58,123 nt of DNA. It comes from Actinomycetota bacterium (GTDB lineage Bacteria; Actinomycetota; Actinomycetes; S36-B12). A program made the translations under genes and the position numbers. This document shows positions 1 through 8,088 of the stretch, in pieces. The stretch covers positions 1-58,123 of the forward strand of contig JBJTBD010000065.1 of NCBI GenBank assembly GCA_046091195.1, read 5' to 3'. Positions within the stretch are counted from its first letter, which is position 1. Each line of letters opens with the position of its first letter. The notes beneath the pieces were generated by a model, which had not been told where the DNA came from, ran no database searches, and saw only the letters and a program-made list of their open reading frames with translations.

Positions 1-1
1 C

Positions 2-142
2 CGTCAATCTGCAACGACGTCGGTGACGCTGCCCGCCAGCGGCGGGAAAGGCACCACCTACGTGGTGGTGAACACCCAGGGGCTCACCCTCGCCGAGATC
101 AAGAACGTCGTGCGGAGCCTCGTACCCGTTCGCTCGCGCTAA
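2..142 (+). CDS. C-terminal fragment of a hypothetical protein (5' end outside window)
   Basis: Open frame from the window edge to TAA at 140-142 (...GTTYVVVNTQGLTLAEIKNVVRSLVPVRSR*). GC3-rich codon use. Abuts the stop of the convergent gene at 143. No family recognised. Confidence 0.3.
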   Translation, partial: RQSATTSVTLPASGGKGTTYVVVNTQGLTLAEIKNVVRSLVPVRSR

Positions 143-1618
143 CTAGCGAACCCGGTAGTTGGCAACGTAGGAGTTCGCCGCCCACTGGCCGGGAACACCG
201 GGTGCCGATCCGACCACCTGGCAGGAGCCCTTCGCGGTGAGCTTCACTCGGAGGCTCCCTTTGGCCTTCACAACCTTGCAACTGGACTTCCCCGACGTTA
301 CCTTCCAGGCGATCGGCTTGTTGAGGCTGGTCCGTGCACCCACGGGTGCGAGCACCAGCGTCTTGCCCTTCTTGTAGGTCCCGCTGGCCATCGGTTGGAT
401 CGCGGCGGTCTGCGTGCCGACCCCCTGCTGGATCGTCCAGGTCTGGCTCCCGGGAGCGAACCCGTTTCCACCCGGTGTCGTCGCGGTCAGTGTGCAGGGG
501 TTCCCGACTCCGAGGACCGTCAGTGTCGTGCCGTTGAGGCTGCACGGGGATGTGACGCTGAGGTTCACCGGAAGGCCCGAGGCGCTCGAGACGCCGAGTT
601 GCACGGTTGCGCCGTTCGGCAGGCCCTGGGTGGACCCCGCTGGCCACGGACCCGCAGGCCCCTGCGGGTTGATCGTGATGACGTCGGGCTTGAGGGGTTG
701 GATCACGTTCACCTGGTTCGTCGCCGTGCCCCCCGGCACGCCGTTACCCCCGCTATAGACAGCCTTGAGGGTGAAGGTGCCGGTGGACGCGGGAACCCAC
801 GTGATGGTCGCGACACCGTTGGTCACATTCGCATTGCCGAGCGCAGAGTTGTTCGCGGAGAACGACACCGTTCCGGTGCCGCTCGGCGGAGTGATCTTGG
901 CGGTGAGCTGGGTGGGGGATCCCGCGTAGTTCGTCTGCGCCACCACGAGCGACACCGAGGGCTGACCGGAGACCACCTTGATGGTGTCCGAACCGCTACG
1001 ACCAGACGCCTCGGCATTCGCATCGCCGTTGTAGATCACGTAGAGCGACACGTTGCCGGGAGTGGCGGGAGTCGTGTAAGTGATGTTCGCCTTGCCGTTC
1101 CCATCGAGTCCCGCGGTGCCGACGTTGGTGCCATTGGACGTGTAGAAGGTGACCGAGCCGGTCGGTACGTACTTGCCCACCTTGGCGCGCACGGTGGCGC
1201 CGAGGGATACCTGGGTCGAGGTCGTCGCGTTGCCCGGGACCGTGATCGACGCCTGCGTTCCCACCTTGGCGACCGAAGTGCTTGTGGTGTCTGAGCCTCC
1301 GCCGCTGAACGCGGCGGTGATATTCACGGAATCTCCCGCAGAACCCGGCGTCCAGGCCACGGACGCCGTGGTTCCATCGGCACCGCCCACGGAGTCGGTG
1401 CCGACGTTCTGGCCGTTCACGGTGAAAGTCACCGTTCCCACGTCGCCACCGAACGTGCCCGAGGCGGTGACGGTCGCATTCAGTTTCTGCTGGACGCCGA
1501 CGACGCCGTTGCGCACTCCGCCGAGGGTGACCTGGGCGTCGGCGGACGCGGGCGCTGCGAGGGCGATGGTTCCCGCAGTGAGTCCGGTGATCGACAGGAG
1601 CCCGAGGAATCGCTTCAT
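143..1618 (-). CDS. secreted Ig-like (Big) domain repeat protein
   Basis: 491-aa ORF with a Sec signal peptide (MKRFLGLLSITGLTAGTIALAAPASA). The Thr/Gly/Ser/Val-rich body has recurring ~90-aa units (VTFTVNGQNVGT..., VTFYTSNGTNVGTAGLDGNGKANITYT, VSFSANNSALGNANVTNGVATITWV) typical of bacterial Ig-like repeats. No LPXTG motif or C-terminal TM segment seen. Confidence 0.8.
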   Translation of the reverse strand: MKRFLGLLSITGLTAGTIALAAPASADAQVTLGGVRNGVVGVQQKLNATVTASGTFGGDVGTVTFTVNGQNVGTDSVGGADGTTASVAWTPGSAGDSVNITAAFSGGGSDTTSTSVAKVGTQASITVPGNATTSTQVSLGATVRAKVGKYVPTGSVTFYTSNGTNVGTAGLDGNGKANITYTTPATPGNVSLYVIYNGDANAEASGRSGSDTIKVVSGQPSVSLVVAQTNYAGSPTQLTAKITPPSGTGTVSFSANNSALGNANVTNGVATITWVPASTGTFTLKAVYSGGNGVPGGTATNQVNVIQPLKPDVITINPQGPAGPWPAGSTQGLPNGATVQLGVSSASGLPVNLSVTSPCSLNGTTLTVLGVGNPCTLTATTPGGNGFAPGSQTWTIQQGVGTQTAAIQPMASGTYKKGKTLVLAPVGARTSLNKPIAWKVTSGKSSCKVVKAKGSLRVKLTAKGSCQVVGSAPGVPGQWAANSYVANYRVR

Positions 1619-1668
1619 CGTGGGTGTCCTTCTCTCGGTGGTGACTGGCGGAGCCTATGCGAGCGTTC

Positions 1669-1893
1669 CTACTCGCCCTCGAATTTCCGGATCGTGAAGT
1701 ACCAGGTGTAGTAGGCGGCGAGTGCTGGTCCGCCGAGGATGATGGCGTAGGGGACGAAGCCCCCGACGCCCTGGCCGATGTAGTCCAATCCCTGACGGAC
1801 GAGGATGATCGCCACGATGATCAGGACCGCGCTGAGAACGTAGTTCTGCGGCTTCTTCGCCGACCAGGGGCGTGGATCCCGACTCTCCGTCAT
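1669..1893 (-). CDS. small two-TM membrane protein
   Basis: Internal ATG (cat at 1891-1893) of the 148-aa track ORF gives 74 aa (MTESRDPRPWSAKKPQNYVLSAVLIIVAIILV...GGPALAAYYTWYF...) with two hydrophobic helices. The longer version would overlap the MarR gene in another frame. Lies 11 nt downstream of the MarR stop. Confidence 0.55.
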   Translation of the reverse strand: MTESRDPRPWSAKKPQNYVLSAVLIIVAIILVRQGLDYIGQGVGGFVPYAIILGGPALAAYYTWYFTIRKFEGE

Positions 1894-1904
1894 TGCGCTT
1901 CCCT

Positions 1905-2381
1905 TCAGTCCACGACGCGGCGCGCGCCGGATCGTTCCACCAGATCGTCCACGATCATCCTGCATGTGTCGCCGAATTCGGCGAACCGCTCCGGACCGAG
2001 TAGGTCGACAAGGTGCTCGCGCACCGCCATGACGTGATCCGGTGCCGCGGCCACGATGGTCTTCCACCCCGTATCCGTGAGGACGGCAAAGGATCCGCGC
2101 CGGTCGTCCGAGCACGCCTCCCGCGTGACGAGTCCAGCGTCCACCATCCGATCGATCTGATGGGAGAGGCGGCTCCGGGAGCTCAGGGTGCGTTCGGCGA
2201 GTTCGCTCATGCGAATCCGCTGCTCCGGGTGCTCCGACAACTGGACGAGGATTTCGTAGTCGGCCATGGTCAGGCCGTGCTTCTCGGCGAGGGCCCGGCT
2301 AAGTCGGTCGGGAAGGAGCAGAGAGGCGTTCAGCCACGCGCGCCAGTTGCGCTGCTCATCGTCACTGAGCCAGCGGGTCAT
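1905..2381 (-). CDS. MarR family transcriptional regulator
   Basis: 158 aa. Winged-helix core LTMADYEILVQLSEHPEQRIRMSELAERTLSSRSRLSHQIDRMVDAGLVTRE...DDRRG is the typical MarR pattern. Confidence 0.85.
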   Translation of the reverse strand: MTRWLSDDEQRNWRAWLNASLLLPDRLSRALAEKHGLTMADYEILVQLSEHPEQRIRMSELAERTLSSRSRLSHQIDRMVDAGLVTREACSDDRRGSFAVLTDTGWKTIVAAAPDHVMAVREHLVDLLGPERFAEFGDTCRMIVDDLVERSGARRVVD

Positions 2382-2392
2382 GGTCAGGGAGC

Positions 2393-3130
2393 CTAATCGG
2401 CGAAGTCCCAGGCGCGGACTCCTCCGACGATGCCCGCGGAATTCGACACGATTGTGCCCTTCGGTCCCACATCCGAGGGATCAAGATGTTTCGCGTTACC
2501 ACCCCCTACGTACACGCGGTCGAAATACAGCATCGTGTCGAAGACATCGATGGCGGCACGAACGCGGGCACGCCAGTGATCGCGTTCGAGGCGCTTGCGT
2601 TCCACGTTGCCCAGGGCGGTGTCGATGCTGACGTCCTTCTTGAAGGGTCCGTGGGACAACTCCAGGTGGGGGAGCAGGCGCCCGTCGAGGAAAAGCGCCG
2701 TGCCGACACCGGTCCCCAGGGTGATCACGAATTCCAGCCCCCGGCCGGCAACGACCGCGCAGCCCTGGACGTCTGCGTCATTGAGCAGCTTGGTCGGGAT
2801 CCCGAACGCCTCCTGGAGCGCCGCTTCGAGCGGGAAGCGATCCCATCGGTGCTGCAGGTCGACGTCGGTGTCCCCGTCGTAGCGGGCACGGGTGAGGGAG
2901 GGCACGTGCAGGACGCGGCCGTCGCGCACCAGCCCCGGAAAACCGACGGTTGCCCGATCCGCACGACCCAGAGGTGTGACGAGATCGGTGAGGGCTGCCA
3001 CCAGTCGCTCGGGCGGGCACGGATACGGGGTGTCCACGCGCAGGCGCTCCGTCATCAGATCACCGTGCAGGTCGACCATGGCGGCCTTCAAGCCGCTGCC
3101 GCCTATGTCGACACAGAGTGTCGTGATCAT
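2393..3130 (-). CDS. ppgK: ROK family polyphosphate glucokinase
   Basis: Start taken at [21 protein letters not shown] (cat 3128-3130), which overlaps the map stop as ATGA. Shows the ROK/PpgK pattern ([32 protein letters not shown]). Confidence 0.8.
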   Translation of the reverse strand: MITTLCVDIGGSGLKAAMVDLHGDLMTERLRVDTPYPCPPERLVAALTDLVTPLGRADRATVGFPGLVRDGRVLHVPSLTRARYDGDTDVDLQHRWDRFPLEAALQEAFGIPTKLLNDADVQGCAVVAGRGLEFVITLGTGVGTALFLDGRLLPHLELSHGPFKKDVSIDTALGNVERKRLERDHWRARVRAAIDVFDTMLYFDRVYVGGGNAKHLDPSDVGPKGTIVSNSAGIVGGVRAWDFAD

Positions 3131-3987
3131 GCTGACTCCGAGGGCGTCGTGAGGATCTCTGCACCCTCGTCGGTCACCACGATCGTGTGCTCGAATTGCG
3201 CGGTCCACTTCCGATCACGGGTCACCACGGTCCAGCCATCCGACCAGATCTCGTAGTCGATCGTCCCGAGGGTCAGCATCGGCTCGATGGTGAATGTCAT
3301 TCCAGGCTGGAGTTCGGTATCGAGGTCGGGGTCTTCGAAGTGGGGAACGATCAGGCCGGAGTGGAAAGAGGTGCTGATCCCGAGTCCGGTGAAGGCGCTG
3401 ACCTCCCCGTAGTCGAATCGCTTGGCGTAACTCTCGATCACGGTTCCGATCACGTTGAGCGGCCGCCCGGGCTTGACCGCGCGGATGGCGCGCATCGTCG
3501 CCTCGCGAGTGCGGTCGACCAGATCCACGACCTCCGGGGCCACATTTCCGGCGAGGAAGGTCGCGTTGGTGTCCCCATGGACTCCGCCGATATAGGCGGT
3601 GATGTCGATGTTGCAGATGTCCCCGTCCTCGATCACGGTGGAGTCCGGGATCCCATGGCAGATCACCTCATTGAGCGAGGTGCAGAGAGACTTCGGGAAG
3701 CTTCGGTAGCCCAGGGTTGACGGGTAGGCGCCGTGGTCGCAGAGGTACTCGTGCCCGATGCGGTCCAACTCGTCCGTCGTGACGCCGGGAGCGACATGCC
3801 GCCCGACCTCCTGCAGCGCATTGGCGACGAGGCGTCCTGCGACCCGCATGGCTTCCAGGGTGTCCGGGGACTGCACATCGGAACCGCCGAAGGGCGACGG
3901 TGCGGGTCGGCCGACGTACTCCGGGCGCTCGATCTGCTGCGGAACCTGCCGAGTCGGCGAGATGCGCCCAGGGCTCAACGTGCGCAT
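3127..3987 (-). CDS. map: type I methionine aminopeptidase (MapB-like, with N-terminal extension); canonical metal-ligand His replaced by Leu
   Basis: Start at MRTLSPGR (cat 3985-3987). Strong MetAP pattern: [54 protein letters not shown]. The expected FTGHGIG reads FTGLGIS (CTC codon at 3382-3384). Confidence 0.85.
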   Translation of the reverse strand: MRTLSPGRISPTRQVPQQIERPEYVGRPAPSPFGGSDVQSPDTLEAMRVAGRLVANALQEVGRHVAPGVTTDELDRIGHEYLCDHGAYPSTLGYRSFPKSLCTSLNEVICHGIPDSTVIEDGDICNIDITAYIGGVHGDTNATFLAGNVAPEVVDLVDRTREATMRAIRAVKPGRPLNVIGTVIESYAKRFDYGEVSAFTGLGISTSFHSGLIVPHFEDPDLDTELQPGMTFTIEPMLTLGTIDYEIWSDGWTVVTRDRKWTAQFEHTIVVTDEGAEILTTPSESA

Positions 3988-4052
3988 GTCGGGTGAGTGT
4001 ACGGGTGGATACAGTGGGACGGCAGACCTCAGATCGCCGGAGTGGAGTCCCC

Positions 4053-4214
4053 ATGAGTTGGTACGACTGCCTGACCCATCAACGTGTGGAACCCGACGAC
4101 GGGTGCGCGAACGACCAGCGGATGGGTCCCTATGCGACCGAGGCCGAGGCATCGACGGCGCTGACCCGCGCCGCGGAGCGCAACGCCGCATTCGACGCCC
4201 AGGACGACGACTAG
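4053..4214 (+). CDS. small conserved hypothetical protein
   Basis: 53 aa ([53 protein letters not shown]). Divergent from map and followed by a strong hairpin. The longer 104-aa track ORF overlaps the map 5' end and is unlikely. Confidence 0.5.
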   Translation: MSWYDCLTHQRVEPDDGCANDQRMGPYATEAEASTALTRAAERNAAFDAQDDD

Positions 4215-4221
4215 ACAGACA

Positions 4222-4255
4222 CAAAGGCCCGCATCCCGAAGGATGCGGGCCTTTG
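4222..4255. terminator. perfect 15-bp stem / 4-nt loop hairpin between convergent genes (bidirectional terminator candidate)
   Basis: CAAAGGCCCGCATCC-CGAA-GGATGCGGGCCTTTG. Lies between the stop at 4214 (+) and the stop at 4270 (-). No clear U-run on either side. Confidence 0.7.
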
Positions 4256-4269
4256 CTGACGCCTGAGGG

Positions 4270-4590
4270 CTACTTCTTCTTCCGACGGACAGCCTTCTTG
4301 GCTGCCTTGCGCGGAGCTGCCTTCTTGGCTGCCTTCTTAGCAGGACGACGCTTGGCTGCCTTCTTCGCCGCCTTCTTGGCCGGACGCTTCTTCGCTGCCT
4401 TACGCGGTGCTGCCTTCTTCGCTGAGCGCTTCTTTGCAGCCTTCCTGGCCGGAGCCTTCTTTGCTGCCTTCTTCGCTGTGCGCTTGGCTGCCTTCTTGGC
4501 AGGGCGCTTCTTGGCTGCCTTCTTGGCTGCCTTGCGAGGTGCCGCCTTCTTGGCCGACGCCTTGCGAGCAGTCTTCTTTGCGACCGCCAC
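4270..4590 (-). CDS. Lys/Ala-rich histone H1-like repetitive protein
   Basis: GTG start (cac 4588-4590) lies 4 nt after AGGAGG. 106 aa made almost entirely of AKKAAKK/PRKAAKK repeats (VAVAKKTARKASAKKAAPRKAAKKAAKKRPAKK...). No HU or Lsr2 domain. Confidence 0.7.
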   Translation of the reverse strand: MAVAKKTARKASAKKAAPRKAAKKAAKKRPAKKAAKRTAKKAAKKAPARKAAKKRSAKKAAPRKAAKKRPAKKAAKKAAKRRPAKKAAKKAAPRKAAKKAVRRKKK

Positions 4591-4635
4591 ATTGCCTCCT
4601 GTGTTAGCGGACCATGCTCCTGTACACGGTCCTCT

Positions 4636-4663
4636 GAGATAACTCTGACAGAGCAATTGTCAA
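4636..4663 (-). promoter_or_regulatory. candidate sigma-70-type promoter for the histone-like gene in the window's most AT-rich patch
   Basis: Minus strand reads TTGACA (4663-4658), a 15-16 nt spacer, then TTATCT/TATCTC (about 4642-4636), roughly 45 nt upstream of the GTG. The -10 element is imperfect. Confidence 0.3.
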
Positions 4664-4723
4664 AATACAAAGATATTCGCGTCGTGCGCGTGTTTCGTGT
4701 CGCGGCCGTGGTAGTCAGAGGGC

Positions 4724-5410
4724 ATGTCAGAGTCCCCGAATCCCGATCCACGCACACTTCCTGATGTCTCGCATCTGCATGTAGGTGTGCTCGGTGGAAC
4801 GGGGGAGCAAGGTCGTGGACTTGCGCGTCGCCTGGCCATGGCCGGGCAGCGAGTGACCATCGGATCGCGTGATGGAGAGCGCGCAGCGATGATTGCGGCG
4901 GATCTGGGTCACGGAGTCCTCGGTGCGGATAACTCCACCACCGCGCGCGAGGCTGATGTGGTGATCGTCGCCGTGCCGTGGGATGGACACGCGGACACTC
5001 TGTCGTCACTCCGCGAGGATCTCGTCGGCACGATCGTTGTTGATTGCGTGAACCCCTTGGGATTCGACAAGCAGGGGGCTTTTCCCCTTGCGGTTGCTGA
5101 AGGATCGGCCGCTCAGCAGGCTGCGGCGATCCTCACCGAGAGCACCGTCGTCGCCGCGTTTCATCACGTTTCCGCGGTGCTTCTGCTAGATCCCGAGATC
5201 GCAAGCATCGACACGGACATCCTCGTTCTCGGTGATGATCGTGCTGCCACGGACGTGGTGCAAGCGCTCGCAGGTCGGATCCCCGGTGCGCGTGGGGTGT
5301 ACGGCGGTCGCCTCCGCAATGCCGGTCAGGTCGAGGCGTTCACTGCGAATCTGATCTCGATGAATCGCCGCTACAAGATCCACGCCGGGATCCGCGTCAC
5401 CGACCTCTGA
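4724..5410 (+). CDS. npdG: NADPH-dependent F420 reductase
   Basis: 228 aa. VGVLGGTGEQGRGLARRLAMAGQRVTIGSRD Rossmann motif, with a C-terminal ...AFTANLISMNRRYKIHAGIRVTDL typical of the Fno/NpdG family. Confidence 0.8.
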   Translation: MSESPNPDPRTLPDVSHLHVGVLGGTGEQGRGLARRLAMAGQRVTIGSRDGERAAMIAADLGHGVLGADNSTTAREADVVIVAVPWDGHADTLSSLREDLVGTIVVDCVNPLGFDKQGAFPLAVAEGSAAQQAAAILTESTVVAAFHHVSAVLLLDPEIASIDTDILVLGDDRAATDVVQALAGRIPGARGVYGGRLRNAGQVEAFTANLISMNRRYKIHAGIRVTDL

Positions 5411-5411
5411 C

Positions 5412-6227
5412 CTACGAGTAGGACTCCTGCTCCGACGGGTAGCGACCCTCGATCACATCGCTGTTCCACCGCGACACTGCGTCGGACATCACTGTCCGAA
5501 CATCGGCGTAGGTGCGAACAAATCGCGGGAGCGGACCCGGGGTGAGTCCGACAAGGTCCTGCCAGACGATCACCTGGGCGTCGGTTCCCGACCCCGCCCC
5601 GATCCCGATCGTCGGGATGGACAACATGTCGCTGACCCGGGTGGCCAACTCAGCGGGAATGAGTTCCAGGACGATCGCGCTCGCCCCGGCCGCCTCGAAT
5701 GCCTTGGCATCGCGCAGCAGGACGTCCGCGGATTCCCCACGACCCTGCACCCGGTACCCCCCGAGGGCGTTGACCGACTGGGGAGTGAGGCCGAGATGGG
5801 CGATGACCGGGACGCCGGCCGAGGTGAGTGCCTCGACCTGCGGGAGCATGGGAGACCCGCCTTCGAGTTTGACCGCGTGGGCACCGGCAACCTTCATGAA
5901 TTCCGACGCAGTCTCCAGTGCTTGCGCTGGTGATCCCTGGTAGGAGCCGAAGGGGAGGTCTGCGATCACGACGGCGCGTTCGGAGCCGCGCCGCACGGCG
6001 GCAACGAGCGGAAGGAGTTCCTGGACGGTCACGGGAACCGTGGAGTCATACCCGTAGACAACCATCGCGGCGGAATCGCCGACGAGCATCGCCGGAATAC
6101 CCGCCTCATCGAAGATCCGCGCGGTCATCGCGTCGTAGGCGGTGATCATCGACCAGCGCTCACCGCGCGCGGTCATCTCCTGCAGATCACGGATAGTGGT
6201 GCGCCTCTGCGCAGCATGAACAGACAT
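5412..6227 (-). CDS. panB: 3-methyl-2-oxobutanoate hydroxymethyltransferase
   Basis: 271 aa. MITAYDAMTARIFDEAGIPAMLVGDSAAMVVYGYDSTVPVT, IADLPFGSY, HAVKLEGG and HLGLTPQS motifs. Confidence 0.9.
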   Translation of the reverse strand: MSVHAAQRRTTIRDLQEMTARGERWSMITAYDAMTARIFDEAGIPAMLVGDSAAMVVYGYDSTVPVTVQELLPLVAAVRRGSERAVVIADLPFGSYQGSPAQALETASEFMKVAGAHAVKLEGGSPMLPQVEALTSAGVPVIAHLGLTPQSVNALGGYRVQGRGESADVLLRDAKAFEAAGASAIVLELIPAELATRVSDMLSIPTIGIGAGSGTDAQVIVWQDLVGLTPGPLPRFVRTYADVRTVMSDAVSRWNSDVIEGRYPSEQESYS

Positions 6228-6357
6228 CTCGCTCCCGTCTCGAGGCTCCCTGCGGAGTCCCCGGATACGTGAAGTGTGTCACGTCGGCTCGGGCCGTGCC
6301 AGTGCACACGGGCGAGTAGCCTCGGGCTGATCGCCCCGCATTCCGCGTCGGGCAGCC

Positions 6358-8088
6358 ATGAAGGATCCCGTGACCTCACCTGAGACCGTGTCCGAGCAGC
6401 CCGACTGGATGACCTCGGGGGAGGGCCACCCTCGGCGCTGGTCGATCCTGGCCGTCGTCGTGGTCAGCCTGCTCGTGGTCGTCCTCGACAACACGGTGCT
6501 GAACATCGCCCTCCCCACGATCCAGAAGGACCTGGGTGCCACCCAGGGCCAACTCGTCTGGGCGGTGGACTCCTACATATTGGTGTTCGCCGCCCTCCTC
6601 TTCACCTGGGGCGTCCTCGGGGACACGTGGGGCCGCAAGAAGGTCCTGATGATCGGCTTGGTGATCTTCGCCGTGGCATCGGCGATCTGCGCGTTCTCGA
6701 GCAGCGCGGGCATGCTGATCGGGTTCCGCGCCGTGATGGGGATCGGCGGCGCGGCCGTGCTCCCCTGCACGCTGGCCATCATCACCGTCGTCTTCCCACC
6801 CCACGAGCGCGGAAAGGCCATCGGGGCGTGGGCGGGTACGGTCGGTGCCGCCGTGGCGCTGGGTCCCGTGCTCGGGGGCATCCTGCTGCAGCACCCCTCC
6901 TGGTCGAACTGGCTTACCGGGAACGACTGGGGCTCCGTGTTTCTGATCAACGTCCCGATCATTGCTGTGGGCCTCGTCGCGATCTGGCGGGTGGTTCCGG
7001 AGACCCGCAACCCGCAGGGCCGTCGGCTCGATTTGCTCGGTCTCGTGATCTCGGTCGTGGGACTGACATCCCTGCTCTACGGGATCATCCACGCGTCAGA
7101 GACCCGCGACTGGCTGGCCCCGCTCGTCCTCGGTCCGATCATCGCGGGTATTGCCATCATCGCCCTGTTCCTCTGGATGGAGACGCGCAGCGATCACCCC
7201 AGCTTCGATGTGGCTCTGTTCAAGAATCGCGGGTACGCGATCAGTCTGACCGCGGTCTCCCTGGCCTTCTTCGCACTCTCCGGCATCACCTTCACGATTC
7301 CGTTCTACCTGCAGATTCTCCGGGGTTACGACACCCTGACGGCCGGGCTGTGCTTCCTGCCGTTCGCGGTGGGTCAGTTGCTCGCGGCTCCGCGAAGCGC
7401 ACGCATGGTCGACCGATTCGGGTACCGGGCGGTGATGACCACCGGACTGGCCCTGGTCACCATCTCCTCGGTGGCGCTCGTCTTCCTGCGCTTGGAGACG
7501 CCGATCTGGGTCTTGCTCGTGGTGTTCTTCATCTTCGGGTTCGGGATGGGCAACGTGATCGCACCGGCCTCCACGGTGATGCAGAACGTCCTTCCGCTCA
7601 TGCGAGCAGGCGCGGGGTCCGCGGTGCAGAACACTGTTCGCCAGGTAGGCGGTGCCCTCGGCGTGGCCGTGATCGGCACCGTGCTGGCCACCCAATATGC
7701 GAGCAACCTCGAGACGTCCCTGGCCCAGGCCCCTCTCCCCCTTCCTCCGGAAGCGGTGGCCGCTGCGTCCGAATCAGTGGTGGCCTCGGTCACCGTCCTC
7801 GACACGGCTCCCGGCGTGCCGGATGCGATTCGGGCGCAACTGGAGACGGGTGCCTTCGAAGCTTTTCTCTCGGCCTCGCACCTCACGTCGATTATCTCCG
7901 CGGTCGTGGTGTTCATCGCAGCCCTGGTCGTCGGGATCTGGTTGCCTAAGATCACTCCCCCCACCAAGAAGGCGCAGCCAGCGCAGGACGACACCGACGC
8001 CCTCGTCCAGGACGAGGTGGCCGACTACCCCGAGCAGGCCGCGGAGGAGTACCCGTCGGGTTCTAGCCCTCGCGCCAGTGATGCGTGA
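6358..8088 (+). CDS. MFS transporter, DHA2 (14-TMS drug:H+ antiporter) family
   Basis: 576 aa. VVVLDNTVLNIALPTIQKDLGAT, GVLGDTWGRKKVLMIGL, about 14 hydrophobic segments and an acidic C-terminal tail. Confidence 0.85.
   Translation: MKDPVTSPETVSEQPDWMTSGEGHPRRWSILAVVVVSLLVVVLDNTVLNIALPTIQKDLGATQGQLVWAVDSYILVFAALLFTWGVLGDTWGRKKVLMIGLVIFAVASAICAFSSSAGMLIGFRAVMGIGGAAVLPCTLAIITVVFPPHERGKAIGAWAGTVGAAVALGPVLGGILLQHPSWSNWLTGNDWGSVFLINVPIIAVGLVAIWRVVPETRNPQGRRLDLLGLVISVVGLTSLLYGIIHASETRDWLAPLVLGPIIAGIAIIALFLWMETRSDHPSFDVALFKNRGYAISLTAVSLAFFALSGITFTIPFYLQILRGYDTLTAGLCFLPFAVGQLLAAPRSARMVDRFGYRAVMTTGLALVTISSVALVFLRLETPIWVLLVVFFIFGFGMGNVIAPASTVMQNVLPLMRAGAGSAVQNTVRQVGGALGVAVIGTVLATQYASNLETSLAQAPLPLPPEAVAAASESVVASVTVLDTAPGVPDAIRAQLETGAFEAFLSASHLTSIISAVVVFIAALVVGIWLPKITPPTKKAQPAQDDTDALVQDEVADYPEQAAEEYPSGSSPRASDA

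Noticed and set aside
4270-4590. Short tandem DNA repeats that could be mistaken for a CRISPR or minisatellite
   Set aside because: The repeats are irregular codon-level repeats encoding AKKAAKK, with no spacer/repeat architecture. They are explained by the low-complexity CDS.
3758-4642. 294-aa plus-strand ORF with FLAAFLAG repeats
   Set aside because: It is the reverse-complement shadow of the AKKAAKK repeat gene and of the map 5' region. The minus-strand reading has an AGGAGG-GTG start and a sensible product.
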